Shown in pieces: positions 63,484-64,000 of a stretch of DNA of 64,000 nt. The translations under genes and the position numbers were made by a program. Numbering within the stretch: position 1 is the first letter of the stretch; each line of letters begins with the position of its first letter. The notes under the pieces are model-generated. The model saw only the letters and a list, made by a program, of their open reading frames with translations. It did no database searches and was not told the origin of the DNA. This stretch comes from Chrysomallon squamiferum (Eukaryota; Animalia; Mollusca), in NCBI GenBank assembly GCA_012295275.1, contig CM022673.1, forward strand, positions 4,278,001 through 4,342,000. The letters are read 5' to 3'.

Positions 63484-64000
63484 GTTATTAACTGGGTTTT
63501 TATTTGTTTGTATGTTTGTTTAACAACTATTATTATTATTATTATTATTATTTTAATTAATGTATTAATTTATTTTTCATGATTAAAATTTACTATAATA
63601 TTAACACCGTGTGTTAGGTAGAAAAAAGAAAGGAATGAAAGAGGATTAATAATTGAAGCATTAGTTTTCTATAATTATGTCACCTCGTGCGATTATTGTT
63701 GTCATAGAAACAATAATAGTGACAGCCGCAGCAATAGTAGTAGTAGTTTAAATTAGAAAAAGAAGAAAAAAGAAATAATGAATCTTCTTTATCTGCCATC
63801 ATGTAGACACGAAAGCTAGCATTTTGAAACTCCTTTAGATGCAGCGTAAAGATGCAGCGGCCGGGAAGGGAAATAACTCTATGGACGCATCAAACAAAAT
63901 TAATTGGGCAAGTATATAACTAACAGCTGAACGATAGCGAGTTTCAAAATAATAATTATGATTATGACAATGACAAAAGTAACCGGATCTAGAATAATTT

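Noticed and set aside
63839-63920. Short open frame as terminal exon of the GT31 gene
   Set aside because: It lacks the expected CCS...ISFHY-like motif; the real 3' exon may lie beyond the window.

Overview
AT-rich, intron-containing animal genomic DNA, probably a mollusc: one repeat resembles a gastropod SINE-like family from memory, which is an inference. It is not prokaryotic, and most ORF-track entries are microsatellite noise or single exons. Hand-splicing gives nine protein-coding units: an uncharacterised ankyrin/coiled-coil gene (-), DNAJC25 (+), NSFL1C/p47 (-), PEX16 (+), an intronless ankyrin-SOCS-box (ASB) ORF (-), a LYR microprotein resembling the MIEF1-uORF product AltMIEF1/L0R8F8 (-), a CCDC177-like gene (+), a TNFR-ectodomain receptor with a ZU5(HF/S)-UPA tail (+), and a C1GALT1-like protein lacking its catalytic motifs (+, 3' end unresolved). 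Main points of interest: (1) the AltMIEF1-like microprotein sits 229 nt upstream of the ASB ORF, a candidate bicistronic mRNA with a different partner than in mammals; (2) a TNF receptor carrying a PIDD/NLRP1-type autoproteolytic module; (3) a Cosmc-like pseudo-glycosyltransferase; (4) U12 minor introns in both genes of the NSFL1C/PEX16 head-to-head pair; (5) two copies of one MITE that record a methylated/unmethylated boundary near 51.3 kb. All homology calls come from recalled motifs, not database searches.
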